A DNA stretch of 64,000 nt from a candidate division WOR-3 bacterium (GTDB taxonomy: Bacteria > Hydrothermota > Tepidihabitantia > SM23-42 > JAOAFX01): the NCBI GenBank assembly GCA_037444665.1, contig JBBILZ010000001.1:1-64000 (forward strand), written 5' to 3'. The notes under the pieces were generated by a model, which made no database searches, was not told the DNA's origin, and saw nothing but the letters and a program-made list of their open reading frames with translations. Within the stretch, counting starts at the first letter, position 1. The number at the start of each line of letters is the position of its first letter. The translations under genes and the position numbers were made by a program. Below are positions 8,136-18,616 of this stretch, one piece after another.

Positions 8136-10973
8136 ATGATGGCGAAAATGTTCTTGTCTAAATATAAAAAATTTTTATTAACAGTATTGATTATTTTCAC
8201 CGGCAATATTTCTTTTGCCCAGTATGTCACACCGAAACAGGGCTGGTTCAATTTTACTACACCATATCCTGACACAATAAATAATGCTACTCACATGGGG
8301 AAATTTATACTTTCACCACCAGCGGGCAATCAGGGAAGGGTCTATGTCCAACCTGACGGACATCTATATTTTGCGAATAGCCAGCGGGCAAAATTCTTTG
8401 GCACAAATCTCTGTTTCTCTGCTACATATCCGCAAAATACAACAAGTATAAATGCGGCTGCACACATTGCCAAGCAGGGCTTTAATATGGTGCGGTATCA
8501 CCACATTGATGGCGCATTAACAAGTGCTCCGGGTTCAAATACCACAAGAAGATTAAACCATGAAGTTCTGGATAAATTTGATTATCTTTTCCATCAGTTA
8601 AAACAGCGAGGAATCTATTCAGCAATTGACTTTTACAGTATAAGATTTTTTAAATCGGGTGATGGAATTCCTTATTATGATAGTGTTAATCGCTCAATGG
8701 ATATTGTGAAAAGGGTATATATGTTCTATGAACCTGCTTATGCCCTTTTCCGTGATTATCCTGATAGTCTACTCAATCATATCAATCCATATACGGGAAT
8801 AGCATATAAAAATGAACCCGCTCTCGTTTTTATCAATCCAATGAACGAAGGAACACTTATTGACCACTATTTCTGGGATAATTGGGATAATATCCAGAGT
8901 GGCTATTATTTACCAAGATTTTATAAAAACGAACTCCAGAATCAATGGAATGATTGGCTCTATATGCGTTACCAATGGGATTCAACTCTAATTCGTGTCT
9001 GGTCAGGTGGTGATACAACAATTGGTCCGGATAAAATAATAAATGGCGAATTTTCAGATACCTTGAATGGAGTCCCCCGTTTTTGGTGGCTCAATCAATT
9101 CAGTGGCAATTCATCCTGGGGTGTGCAGAACGCAGGATTGAGTCTTGACCCCGCAGTCTTTGTCCACATCTATGCACCAGCACAATATTCTTGGCATATC
9201 CAGCTCCTTCAATCAGGATTCACAATAAGCAGTGATTCAACATACCGTCTCAGTTTTAAGGCAAAAGCAAACAAAAATCGCACTATGGATGTAGTTATCC
9301 AGAGAAATAGAACACCGTGGACAACATATTACTATCAAACAGTCAATCTTACTACAAGCGGTCAAAGTTTTACTTTTCCATTCTATGCTAGTGCGAGTGA
9401 TACAGTCCAGTTAACATTCAATCTCGGACTTGATACGGGTCGCGTTTGGATTGATGATGTCCAGTTACATCGTGCACCATTTTCCCGGGTGCTGGACCCG
9501 GGCGAAAGTCTTTTAACAAGAACAATAAAATTGATACGCTGGAGTAACCGGTATGAATACAGTCCTTATCGCTATTTTGACCAGATAAGATTCTTTTATG
9601 AAAAGGAGGCAAAATTCTACCAAAGAATATCTGCTTTGCTCAACGATACATTACACATTCAATCTTTGATTACATCTTCGTTTTTCTGGGCAAACCAACT
9701 CCATCAGTATGCTTGGGCAAACCTTGCGCCAGTAATGGATGCCCATCCATATTTTGACCATCCATCATTTCCAAATCAACCCTGGGATACACTTGACTTT
9801 AGAATAACAAATGATTACTTCGGTGATGGTGATAATGGAGAATGGATGTTAACCTATATGAACCAGTGTGCCTCTGCCCAGAAACCAATGATTATTACTG
9901 AATGGCAGCACCCTGCTCCCTGTGAATCACGCTATGCCACACTGTTACCATTTGCGAGTTATACTGCACTGCGCGGTTATGATGGAATTATAAACTTTGC
10001 CCTTGCCCATGACGAAGGAAATTTCTCCAACAATCACATTCGTCCATTCTTTGACGCTGCGGGGCAGCCAATACACTTTGCTTTTTTAAGGATGTGTGCC
10101 CTTGCATTCTTAAGGGATGTGCAATTAGAAGACCCTGAACGCACAAACTGGACTGGTTTAAATCTTGACCAATTAATAAAAGATATCTATGCAGGAAACT
10201 TCTGGAATCACGCAATTTTAAGTTCACCGCGCGACCGCGTGTTCAATCAATTTTACTGGAATTCCCAAAGGGCAACATTCAAGGTGAATGCAAAAGGGAC
10301 AAAGGCATTTGCTGGAAGGACTGCCGGTGATACAATTATTCTTGGTGGTATAAAGATAATAGGTAATACTGATGGAACTATTGGATTTAGCCGCATAGAC
10401 AGTACATTTAATCAACAAACATTTCTCGTTGCAGCACTGGCGCGGACTGAAAATACAAATATGGTCTGGGTTGAACAGACAAAAACCCAGGGTATGCTGA
10501 ACTGGGGCACAACACCCTGCCAGGCAGAAACTGTTTCATATTATACACAATGGCACGCAGATTCTTTATTGATTACCAGATTAAATTCTTATGGCAATCC
10601 AATAAACACAACAAAGATTATCGGTTCAAATCATCTGACTGACTGGTTCATAAGAACAGGCATTGATTCTGTGCCGTGGTATGAGGTTAAGGCATTCGGG
10701 TACCTTGATACGCTTATTGGTATTGAAGAAGAGAAGAATCACGACAAAAGAGCAATTAATATTCCCAGTCCGCAGAGATTTTTGATTATTAAAAACATTG
10801 CTGCAGGCACTGAATTTAAACTATATTCTGTTGATGGACGTCTCGCTGTTAAAAAAGAATTTACCAAACCGATTAGTAAATTAATAATAAAAAATCTCAG
10901 CGCTGGTGTATATTTCTATTCAATCAAAACCGAAAATTCAGAGAAAAAAGGCAAGATTGTAATTATAAAATAA
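8136..10973 (+). CDS. Secreted glycoside hydrolase (GH-A clan/GH5-like) with inserted CBM4/9-like domain and T9SS-like C-terminal domain
   Basis: Signal peptide; FFGTNL, GFNMVRYHH, HINPYTG, MNEG (acid/base), ITEW (nucleophile); CBM INGEF...WHIQL...YRLSFKAKA; C-terminal LSAGVYF...KIVIIK. Confidence 0.8.
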   Translation: MMAKMFLSKYKKFLLTVLIIFTGNISFAQYVTPKQGWFNFTTPYPDTINNATHMGKFILSPPAGNQGRVYVQPDGHLYFANSQRAKFFGTNLCFSATYPQNTTSINAAAHIAKQGFNMVRYHHIDGALTSAPGSNTTRRLNHEVLDKFDYLFHQLKQRGIYSAIDFYSIRFFKSGDGIPYYDSVNRSMDIVKRVYMFYEPAYALFRDYPDSLLNHINPYTGIAYKNEPALVFINPMNEGTLIDHYFWDNWDNIQSGYYLPRFYKNELQNQWNDWLYMRYQWDSTLIRVWSGGDTTIGPDKIINGEFSDTLNGVPRFWWLNQFSGNSSWGVQNAGLSLDPAVFVHIYAPAQYSWHIQLLQSGFTISSDSTYRLSFKAKANKNRTMDVVIQRNRTPWTTYYYQTVNLTTSGQSFTFPFYASASDTVQLTFNLGLDTGRVWIDDVQLHRAPFSRVLDPGESLLTRTIKLIRWSNRYEYSPYRYFDQIRFFYEKEAKFYQRISALLNDTLHIQSLITSSFFWANQLHQYAWANLAPVMDAHPYFDHPSFPNQPWDTLDFRITNDYFGDGDNGEWMLTYMNQCASAQKPMIITEWQHPAPCESRYATLLPFASYTALRGYDGIINFALAHDEGNFSNNHIRPFFDAAGQPIHFAFLRMCALAFLRDVQLEDPERTNWTGLNLDQLIKDIYAGNFWNHAILSSPRDRVFNQFYWNSQRATFKVNAKGTKAFAGRTAGDTIILGGIKIIGNTDGTIGFSRIDSTFNQQTFLVAALARTENTNMVWVEQTKTQGMLNWGTTPCQAETVSYYTQWHADSLLITRLNSYGNPINTTKIIGSNHLTDWFIRTGIDSVPWYEVKAFGYLDTLIGIEEEKNHDKRAINIPSPQRFLIIKNIAAGTEFKLYSVDGRLAVKKEFTKPISKLIIKNLSAGVYFYSIKTENSEKKGKIVIIK

Positions 10974-10978
10974 ATTAT

Positions 10979-12583
10979 TTAACGAAGATATACAATCCTT
11001 TTGACAGATGTTATATTTTCACTCTTTACCGCAACAAAATAAATGCCAGCAGGCAATGGATTACCATTATCATCAAACCCATTCCAGATTGCGGTGTTGT
11101 CTTCTGCAGGAGTTAGGTTCTTAATCAATCGTCCCAGTGCATTGTATATTTCAATTTTAACTTGAAATTTTTTGCCGGTCGGAATGTGAATTATAAATCT
11201 ATTGCCCGGGTTTGGATATATAGAAAATTCCTGACTTTTTTCTGCTCCATTCTCTTCAACAACCACACCGCTGTGCACAGGAACTGCAAGCTTTGCCAGC
11301 ACTGCTACACCCGTCTTTATTACCTGGGTAGCAAATGGTAGATGGTTCACACCACAGTTTGTATAGAGGTGAGGGCCAATAGTATCTCCAATTGTATGAT
11401 ATGCGGGTGTAAGGACACGTTCTATACCGAGCATTGCTTTATAACCCCTTTTCCAGAAACTCGCATGGTCTGAAGAACCACTCGTTCCTGTATTACGCAC
11501 TTTTCTGATTTTTAACTGGGTATAGGTATCAGCAACTGCCTGGAAGAATTGGCAGACAAAGAGGCTGCAACCTGGAACAGCGGTTGTGTAATGAGCATTC
11601 ATTGAATCGCGATTAGGATTTGCCGGAGTAACATAGCCAATCATATCAAAATTCAAAACGCCAAAGATTGTATCGTTGTTACGCCAGGCACGGGTGGCAA
11701 AAGAATCACTACCATATAGACCGAGTTCTTCAGCATTGAAGGCGAGAAAGTAAATTGTGTTTTCAAATAGATAATTTTTCATTACTCTTGCCGCTTCCAG
11801 CATTGCAATTGTGCCTGAAGCATTATCGTCTGCACCAGGTGCATAGCCACTTGAGGGAACATCATCCATATGCCCGCCAATCAAACAGTATCGCTTTATA
11901 CTCGGATATAGATAACCCTTTTTAATAGCCACAACATTTGGACCATAATTATTATTAAAGTACTGGAAATAGACACTATCATAACCATAACTCAGTAAAC
12001 GGTTTCTTATCCAGTTTACTGCAACAATCTTGTTTGAATCAGTGGTAGTATATCGCGTAAACATTCTCTGCATACGAAGGATAGAAGCCTGGATACTATC
12101 CTGAGATACTGCATTAACCATCTTTTGAATAAGGGTATCTGGTGCGAAAGATTTATTCTGCAAAGGATAAGGGTCTTCATCTAGAAATCGCACCGGGTCA
12201 AAGGTCAATCTCCGCAGTTCTATTTTAAGTCTATTCAAATTTAGAACTCTCTCTTCACTTGTCCGCAATAATAAGCAATCTTCATACTGGTCAAGAACAT
12301 CGCCATAAGGAGCGACTGCAGATACATCTTCACCCATTAGATACACAATCTGATAGTATTTCTCACGGGGATTATCATCAAGGATAGTAAAAGGAATATT
12401 TTTCTGCTCCAGTTTTGAAATGTCTGTCTCATTGGCAATGATCAATGCGTGATTTTCAATAAGTTCAACAATACAGAAATTTTTGTCCTGCAGGTTATCT
12501 ACCCTGATTAGATATTCAGTAGCAGTTAATGGTTTTGATAAAAAACACAAAACCATTGCACTAAAAATAAATAATTTTTTCAT
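10979..12583 (-). CDS. Secreted M28 family aminopeptidase with FlgD/T9SS-like C-terminal domain
   Basis: GGHMD, GADDNASG, AEELGLYGS, NFDMIG, SDHASF, YHT; IYPNP...IYNALGR...WNG...AGIYF. Confidence 0.9.
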   Translation of the reverse strand: MKKLFIFSAMVLCFLSKPLTATEYLIRVDNLQDKNFCIVELIENHALIIANETDISKLEQKNIPFTILDDNPREKYYQIVYLMGEDVSAVAPYGDVLDQYEDCLLLRTSEERVLNLNRLKIELRRLTFDPVRFLDEDPYPLQNKSFAPDTLIQKMVNAVSQDSIQASILRMQRMFTRYTTTDSNKIVAVNWIRNRLLSYGYDSVYFQYFNNNYGPNVVAIKKGYLYPSIKRYCLIGGHMDDVPSSGYAPGADDNASGTIAMLEAARVMKNYLFENTIYFLAFNAEELGLYGSDSFATRAWRNNDTIFGVLNFDMIGYVTPANPNRDSMNAHYTTAVPGCSLFVCQFFQAVADTYTQLKIRKVRNTGTSGSSDHASFWKRGYKAMLGIERVLTPAYHTIGDTIGPHLYTNCGVNHLPFATQVIKTGVAVLAKLAVPVHSGVVVEENGAEKSQEFSIYPNPGNRFIIHIPTGKKFQVKIEIYNALGRLIKNLTPAEDNTAIWNGFDDNGNPLPAGIYFVAVKSENITSVKRIVYLR

Positions 12584-12604
12584 AACATCTCCTTTTTATT
12601 ATTA

Positions 12605-12632
12605 ATTATATTAACATTTTAGATAATGTCAA
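12605..12632 (-). promoter_or_regulatory. Promoter TTGACA-N16-TATAAT for the M28 gene
   Basis: Consensus hexamers upstream of an AGGAG RBS. Confidence 0.75.
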
Positions 12633-12665
12633 GCCAAAGAGATTTAGACTTCTTATACTTTATGA

Positions 12666-13658
12666 TTATATTCTAATCTGCTCCAGCCCTTCACGGGCAA
12701 CTGCGTCTATTCCAATATCTGATTGCCCGAACTTTTTAAATCGCCTGTAACCGGCAAAGGCAATCATTGCACCATTGTCAGTGCAGAATTGAAGTTCTGG
12801 TATAAATACATTGATTTTCATCTGTTCTGCTAATTCCTTGAATTTTTCAGCGAGCCTTTTATTAACTGCAACGCCACCAACAATTCCTAAATTTTTTGCT
12901 TTTGAATATTCAATCGCACGCCTTGCAACCTGGGATAGATGCTCCAGTGCAGATTCCTGGAACGCATAGGCGATATCCTCTTTTTTATATTCTCTATTTT
13001 CCTTGAGATAGTATAACACTGCGGTCTTTAATCCCGCATAGCTGAAATTGAGTCCTCTGGGCTTGGGCACAGGAAATCTAATATTTTTTGAACTACAATT
13101 TTGGGCAATTTTCTCAATATATGGTCCACCCGGGTATGGTAATCCAAGCATCTTTGCTACTTTGTCAAATGCCTCACCACAAGCATCATCAAGTGTCCTG
13201 CCCAGTGTCTGATATTTAAATTCCTTTTCAATAAAAATAATTTCTGTATGTCCACCCGATACAAGTAAAACGAGCAGGGGATAACCAGGATATTTTCTAT
13301 TGAAAAAAAGACCATAAATATGGCCTTCCAGATGATTCACACCGATAAATGGTTTTTTTAAACCGATTGATAGCGATTTTGCAAAGGCAAGACCACCCAG
13401 GAGTGAACCCAGTAACCCCGGACCCCTTGTGGCAGCAATTAAATCAATATCATTTAATGTTATACCCGCAACCTCCAGTGCAACGCGGGTAATTGGAAGA
13501 ATTATTTTTATATGATTTCTTGCGGCAATTTCTGGAACCACACCACCAAATTTGGTGTGGGCAATCTGTGAAGATACAATATTTGCAAGTACCTTTTGTT
13601 CCTTTATGATTCCAACTGAAGTTTCATCACAGGATGTTTCAATCCCGAGTGTTATCAT
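12666..13658 (-). CDS. tsaD: tRNA N6-adenosine threonylcarbamoyltransferase
   Basis: LGIETSCDET, GGVVPE, VNHLEGH, SGGHT, DDACGEAFDK, CTDNGAMIA. Confidence 0.97.
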   Translation of the reverse strand: MITLGIETSCDETSVGIIKEQKVLANIVSSQIAHTKFGGVVPEIAARNHIKIILPITRVALEVAGITLNDIDLIAATRGPGLLGSLLGGLAFAKSLSIGLKKPFIGVNHLEGHIYGLFFNRKYPGYPLLVLLVSGGHTEIIFIEKEFKYQTLGRTLDDACGEAFDKVAKMLGLPYPGGPYIEKIAQNCSSKNIRFPVPKPRGLNFSYAGLKTAVLYYLKENREYKKEDIAYAFQESALEHLSQVARRAIEYSKAKNLGIVGGVAVNKRLAEKFKELAEQMKINVFIPELQFCTDNGAMIAFAGYRRFKKFGQSDIGIDAVAREGLEQIRI

Positions 13659-13712
13659 AACAAAATAATTTTTTCTGAATTAAATTGGAAGTACCGCAGG
13701 TTTTTGCAACAA

Positions 13713-14312
13713 TTATTTCTTTTTCTTACCTTTTTTCTGTTTCTTTTCTCTTTTTTCCTGTTTGGCGAGCTTCTTCTTTTCTTTTTTGCTCTTTTTCACA
13801 GGTGCTGCCACTTTTTTGAGCGGTTCTTTTGCTTTCTTCTCTTCTTTTTTGGGTTTTTCCTTTTTGGGTTTTTTCTCTTTCTTTTCCTTCTTTTCCACTT
13901 CTGAAATATATCTCCGCTCAATAAGTTTTCTCCGTTCATCAATAATTCCTGGTTCGCTCTTCTCAGTTAATTCAAGAATAGCCATCTCTGCACCATCACC
14001 CAATCGTGGTCCGAGTCTGAAAATTCTTGTATAACCCCCCTGCCGATTTGCAAATTTCGGCGCAATCTCATTACATATAATTTTAACAAGTTTATGGTCA
14101 GGAATAAAACGATAGATAAATCTTTTTGCAGAAAGGTCATTCACTTTGGCAAAATTAATCAAACGTTCTGCTAATTTTCTGGTTTCTTTTGCCTTGGGTA
14201 ATGTTGTTTTTATCTTCTCAAAAATGAATAGTGCACGACATAAATTTCGTAAAAGTGCTAAGCGATGCGCTTTTTTTCTACCCAGTTTTTTTACCTTATC
14301 ACCATGTCTCAT
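13713..14312 (-). CDS. rplQ: 50S ribosomal protein L17 with Lys-rich C-terminal extension
   Basis: MRHG...KLGR, GGYTRI, GDGAEMA. Confidence 0.97.
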   Translation of the reverse strand: MRHGDKVKKLGRKKAHRLALLRNLCRALFIFEKIKTTLPKAKETRKLAERLINFAKVNDLSAKRFIYRFIPDHKLVKIICNEIAPKFANRQGGYTRIFRLGPRLGDGAEMAILELTEKSEPGIIDERRKLIERRYISEVEKKEKKEKKPKKEKPKKEEKKAKEPLKKVAAPVKKSKKEKKKLAKQEKREKKQKKGKKKK

Positions 14313-14333
14313 TATTGCTCCGTATCTCTTTTA

Positions 14334-15404
14334 TCAAACATCTTCTTTTAAAAATCTTTCTACATCCATCTCTAAGTGTAAACCCATATTATGCAAGATC
14401 TTCTCCAATTCTTTCAGTGATTTCCTTCCGAAGTTATCATAAGTAAGTAATTCTTTGCCGCTCTTGCGCACAAGGTCTCCTATCGTTTTGATATTCTTAT
14501 TCTTAAGGCAATTTGAAGTGCGCACAGAAATTTCAAGTTCATCTATACTCCTCTTCAGCATCTCTCTAATTTTGCGATGTTCTGCATCAAGCTGTTCCTT
14601 TGACGAAAATAGTGGTTCAACAAATAATTCCAGCCCCTTTTTATTAATTGTGCTCCTTACTTCATCAATTGTTCTCTTCGTTGCATCATCAAGGGCAAGG
14701 AATGGTTTTCCTAAATCAATAAAAAATGATAGATGGTGCCTTAATAAACTCGCCGCTTCTACAACTGCCTCAGCCGGAGTAATAGTTCCATCAGTCTTTA
14801 CTTCCAGAACGAGATGGTCATAATCGGTCTTTGTCCCCACCCGTGTATTGCGCACATCAAAATTCACTGAAAGGACCGGCGAAAATATTGCATCAATATA
14901 TATTGTACCCACAGGCGCTTCTGCTTTTTTTAATAGTTCTGCCGGCACAAATCCCCTTCCTGTTTCAACAAACATTTCTATGGTAAAATTGACTTTGGCT
15001 TCGGTCGCAGTCAAAATCTTTTGTTTTGGATTGGCTATGATAACGAGTGGATTCTTCTCAATATCTTCACCTAAGTATTCTTTTTTACCCTTAACCTTAA
15101 GGGTCAGGGTCGTAGGTTCATCACCTATGAGTTTTACTCTTATCTTCTTAATATTTAATATAATCTCAACCACATCTTCATAGACACCGGGAATGGTTGA
15201 AAACTCCTGCATAACATTGGTTATGCGAATATTCGTGATTGCTGCGCCCTGAATAGAGGACAGAAGTATGCGACGTATTGCATTACCAATCGTTATTCCA
15301 TATCCCCTTTCCAGGGGTGAAATTATAAATCTTGCAAAAACATCGGTCGCACTGTCTTTCTCAATTTCAATGCCTTTCGGCATTATGATTGGTTTAAGTG
15401 CCAT
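14334..15404 (-). CDS. rpoA: RNA polymerase alpha subunit
   Basis: PLERGYGITIGNAIRRILLSS; ELEISVRTSNCL; NFGRKSL. Confidence 0.98.
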   Translation of the reverse strand: MALKPIIMPKGIEIEKDSATDVFARFIISPLERGYGITIGNAIRRILLSSIQGAAITNIRITNVMQEFSTIPGVYEDVVEIILNIKKIRVKLIGDEPTTLTLKVKGKKEYLGEDIEKNPLVIIANPKQKILTATEAKVNFTIEMFVETGRGFVPAELLKKAEAPVGTIYIDAIFSPVLSVNFDVRNTRVGTKTDYDHLVLEVKTDGTITPAEAVVEAASLLRHHLSFFIDLGKPFLALDDATKRTIDEVRSTINKKGLELFVEPLFSSKEQLDAEHRKIREMLKRSIDELEISVRTSNCLKNKNIKTIGDLVRKSGKELLTYDNFGRKSLKELEKILHNMGLHLEMDVERFLKEDV

Positions 15405-15412
15405 AACACTCC

Positions 15413-16042
15413 TTATTTGGAATATAATTCAACAATTAAATTTTCTTGCAAAGGTATCGTTATATCCTCCCGTTTGGGCAATCTAATTACTGTCCCGGTC
15501 ATATTTTCTTTATTAAATTTAAGCCAGCCCGTTATCTTTTCCGGATCCCTTTGCTCAAGCGACCTTTTAACCAGTGGATTCTTGCGCAGTTTTTCGGTCA
15601 AAGAAATCACTTGATTTGGTTTTACCAGATAACCTGGTATATCCACTTTTTTCCCATCCACTAAAATATGGCCATGCCTTACAATCTGACGTGCCTGAAT
15701 TCTTGATGAAGCAAACCCCAAATGATAAACAACATTATCAAGCCTTCTTTCAAGTAAAATTAGCAAATTTTCGCCTGGTGCGCCCGCCATTTTTGTAGCA
15801 TCATTGAAGATTTTACGGAATTGTGTCTCAAGCACACCATAAATAGCCTTGACCTTCTGCTTTTCGCGCAATTGTGTAGCATAAGAAGTTAATTTCCTCC
15901 TTCCAACCTTGCCATGCATACCAGGAGGATAACCACGCCTTGTAAATGAACATTTGTCTGTAAAACATCTACTTCCCCTTAAAAATAGTTTTTCTCCTTC
16001 ACGACGACATATTTTACATTTAGGACCGATGTAACGCGCCAC
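15413..16042 (-). CDS. rpsD: 30S ribosomal protein S4 (GTG start)
   Basis: ARYIGPKCKICRREG; LERRLDNVVY; IVELYSK. Confidence 0.98.
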   Translation of the reverse strand: MARYIGPKCKICRREGEKLFLRGSRCFTDKCSFTRRGYPPGMHGKVGRRKLTSYATQLREKQKVKAIYGVLETQFRKIFNDATKMAGAPGENLLILLERRLDNVVYHLGFASSRIQARQIVRHGHILVDGKKVDIPGYLVKPNQVISLTEKLRKNPLVKRSLEQRDPEKITGWLKFNKENMTGTVIRLPKREDITIPLQENLIVELYSK

Positions 16043-16429
16043 TTATACCCTCCTTTTTCTTGGAGGCCGACATCCATTATGGGGCAATGGAGTAACATCT
16101 TTTATGGTAGTTATAGTCAACCCCACAGTCTGCAAAGTCCTTATCGCTGCCTCACGACCAGCACCAGGACCTTTAATCCGCACTTCAATCTTTTTTATAC
16201 CCATTGCCAGTGCCTCTTTACCAACTACTGTAGCACATTGTTGAGCAGCATAGGCGGTTCCTTTTTTCGTTCCCTTAAAACCCACCCTTCCTGCACTGGA
16301 CCAACAAAGAGTATTCCCCTGATTATCACAGATTGAAACTATGGTATTATTAAAGCTGGCAAAGATATTGGCGATACCGGTAAGTTCTGTTCTCGCTGTT
16401 TTCTTTTTCTTAAAGACCCTTTTTTTCAT
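16043..16429 (-). CDS. rpsK: 30S ribosomal protein S11
   Basis: [28 protein letters not shown]. Confidence 0.98.
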   Translation of the reverse strand: MKKRVFKKKKTARTELTGIANIFASFNNTIVSICDNQGNTLCWSSAGRVGFKGTKKGTAYAAQQCATVVGKEALAMGIKKIEVRIKGPGAGREAAIRTLQTVGLTITTIKDVTPLPHNGCRPPRKRRV

Positions 16430-16812
16430 TTCTTCTCTCCTGGTGCTACTTTAATAACCGCAACGGTTTTCCTTTTACCTTTACGAGTCCGCGCATTGGT
16501 CCGTGTTCTCTGGCCTCTAACTGGAAGACCAATTTTATGTCTGAGACCCCGATAGCAACCAATATCAATAAGCCTCTTCACATTTGCCGCAACATCCGCA
16601 CGCAGCACACCTTCAACCTTGTAATCTGTCTCAATCAATTTCCTGATCTTGGTAACTTCTTCTTCAGTTAAATCTTTAATCTTTTTTGAACGGTCAATAC
16701 CACAACGCAAGACTATCTGCTGCGCAATCGGAATACCAATCCCATATATCGCAGTCAAACCATATTCAACCTTCTTATTCAAAGGCAAATCAACACCCGC
16801 AATTCTTGGCAT
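16426..16812 (-). CDS. rpsM: 30S ribosomal protein S13
   Basis: [26 protein letters not shown]. Confidence 0.98.
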   Translation of the reverse strand: MPRIAGVDLPLNKKVEYGLTAIYGIGIPIAQQIVLRCGIDRSKKIKDLTEEEVTKIRKLIETDYKVEGVLRADVAANVKRLIDIGCYRGLRHKIGLPVRGQRTRTNARTRKGKRKTVAVIKVAPGEKK

Positions 16813-16842
16813 AAACCTCCTTTTTATTATTAAACAGGAACA

Positions 16843-16956
16843 TCACCCTTGTCTTTGTTTGTGTCTGGGATCTTTACAAATAATCCTTACCACACCATTT
16901 CTTTTGATAACCCGACACTTAATGCACCTTTTCTTAATTGATGATTTAACTTTCAA
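16843..16956 (-). CDS. rpmJ: 50S ribosomal protein L36, Zn-binding type, TTG start (missed by the ORF track)
   Basis: Manual translation: [37 protein letters not shown], with AGGAG RBS. Confidence 0.95.
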   Translation of the reverse strand: MKVKSSIKKRCIKCRVIKRNGVVRIICKDPRHKQRQG

Positions 16957-16975
16957 ATTATCTCCTTAAAATTAT

Positions 16976-17003
16976 ATTTTATCAAATTTTTCAAAAAAGT
17001 CAA
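16976..17003 (-). promoter_or_regulatory. Internal promoter TTGACT-N16-TAAAAT upstream of rpmJ and the alpha operon
   Basis: Hexamers in the infA-rpmJ gap. Confidence 0.55.
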
Positions 17004-17012
17004 TATCATAGA

Positions 17013-17231
17013 TTATTTATATCTCCACACAATCCTGCCCCGGGAAAGATCATAGGGCGAAAGTTCTAATAACACACGGTCTCCTGGTAATATCTTTATG
17101 TAACTCATACGCATCTTTCCAGATACATGTGCCAAAACCTTATGACCATTATCAAGCTCCACTCTAAACATTGCATTGGGTAGTGTCTCAATTATTGTCC
17201 CTTCAGTCTGAATCAAATCTTTTCTTGCCAT
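17013..17231 (-). CDS. infA: Translation initiation factor IF-1
   Basis: [35 protein letters not shown]. Confidence 0.98.
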   Translation of the reverse strand: MARKDLIQTEGTIIETLPNAMFRVELDNGHKVLAHVSGKMRMSYIKILPGDRVLLELSPYDLSRGRIVWRYK

Positions 17232-17232
17232 A

Positions 17233-17985
17233 TCAACCTTCTATAACCCTTGTTGCATTAAAATTACCTTTTTCTAAAATAATGATGGTATCTTCAAAAT
17301 GGCTGGATAATGAACCATCCCTGGTTGCTACGGTCCAACCATTGCTTGCTGTCTTTACCTGAAAACTTCCCATATTGGTCATTGGCTCAATTGCCAGCGC
17401 CATACCGGGCTTTAATTCAGGGTCAGGACCATTTGCTACAAAATTTGGAATCATCGGATCCTCATGCAATGTCCTTCCCACACCATGCCCAGCCAATTCC
17501 CGTACCACACTATAACCATTCCCTTCAACAGTTTGCTGGATTGCCCGCGAAATATCAGAAACGCGATTACCCGGCTTCGCCTTTTCTATCCCATTTTTTA
17601 AAGCCTTTTTTGTAACATTTATAAATTGTGATACATTATCTGGAACTGAACCAACAACATAGGTCATTGCCGCATCAGCAATATATCCATTATATGATAC
17701 ACCGATATCAACCTTAACAAGGTCACCGTCTTTGATAACTCTTTGGTCTGGTATCCCATGGACAACTTCGTCATTCAAAGAGATGCAAGCACTCTTTGGA
17801 AAACCACGATAATTCAAAAATGCCGGCCTGGCATTATGGTCAACAATTACCTTATGAATAAAATCGTTCAACTCTACGGTCTTCATCCCTTTTAAATCAA
17901 GATTTTTAATTTTTTTGAAAATTTTATGAATAATACCACCGGCAATAATAATATTCTTAATCCCTTCATCATTTAATGATACCAT
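17233..17985 (-). CDS. map: Methionine aminopeptidase type I
   Basis: VVHGIP, KVDIG, GHGVG..LHEDP, AIEPM, HFEDT. Confidence 0.97.
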   Translation of the reverse strand: MVSLNDEGIKNIIIAGGIIHKIFKKIKNLDLKGMKTVELNDFIHKVIVDHNARPAFLNYRGFPKSACISLNDEVVHGIPDQRVIKDGDLVKVDIGVSYNGYIADAAMTYVVGSVPDNVSQFINVTKKALKNGIEKAKPGNRVSDISRAIQQTVEGNGYSVVRELAGHGVGRTLHEDPMIPNFVANGPDPELKPGMALAIEPMTNMGSFQVKTASNGWTVATRDGSLSSHFEDTIIILEKGNFNATRVIEG

Positions 17986-18616
17986 CAATAACCTGAACTA
18001 TCCTTTGCAAAATCTCTTCTTTTGAACCAGATGCATCAATCTTTACATAGACACCCAGTGATTTATAATATTCGCTGAGTGGTCTGGTCATCTCTTCATA
18101 AATCTTCAACCGATTCGTAATAACTTCTAAATTATCATCCTTACGTTTTGCTAATGATGAACCACAATTATCGCAGATATTGGGGATTCTTGGCGGATTG
18201 GTGATTTCATTAAAAACTGCACCACATCTGGAACAGTATATACGGGCAAGGGTCCGCCTTATGATTTCTTCTTGCGGCAACTCCAATTCTATAGCGAGGC
18301 TAATTTTTTTGTTATGGCGGGCAAGCAATTTTTCTAATTCCATTGCCTGATTCAGATTTCTGGGAAATCCATCAAAAAGAATATTTTGTTCTAAATTTTC
18401 CAGCACATAATCTTCAACAATTTCAAAAACAAGATTATCTGGTGCCAGAGCACCGTTTTTAAGAAATATCTCCACTTTTTTTCCTACTGGGCTCCCCAGT
18501 GAGACCTCTTCGCGCAGAATATCGCCCATAGAAAATTTCTTAAAATTATATTTTCTCATGAGCAACTCTGCCTGGGTTCCTTTTCCCACACCAGGTGCGC
18601 CAAAAAGAAAAATCAT
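17969..18616 (-). CDS. adk: Adenylate kinase (Zn-lid)
   Basis: GAPGVGKGTQA, DGFPR, CxxC...CxxC lid. Confidence 0.97.
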   Translation of the reverse strand: MIFLFGAPGVGKGTQAELLMRKYNFKKFSMGDILREEVSLGSPVGKKVEIFLKNGALAPDNLVFEIVEDYVLENLEQNILFDGFPRNLNQAMELEKLLARHNKKISLAIELELPQEEIIRRTLARIYCSRCGAVFNEITNPPRIPNICDNCGSSLAKRKDDNLEVITNRLKIYEEMTRPLSEYYKSLGVYVKIDASGSKEEILQRIVQVIDGIIK

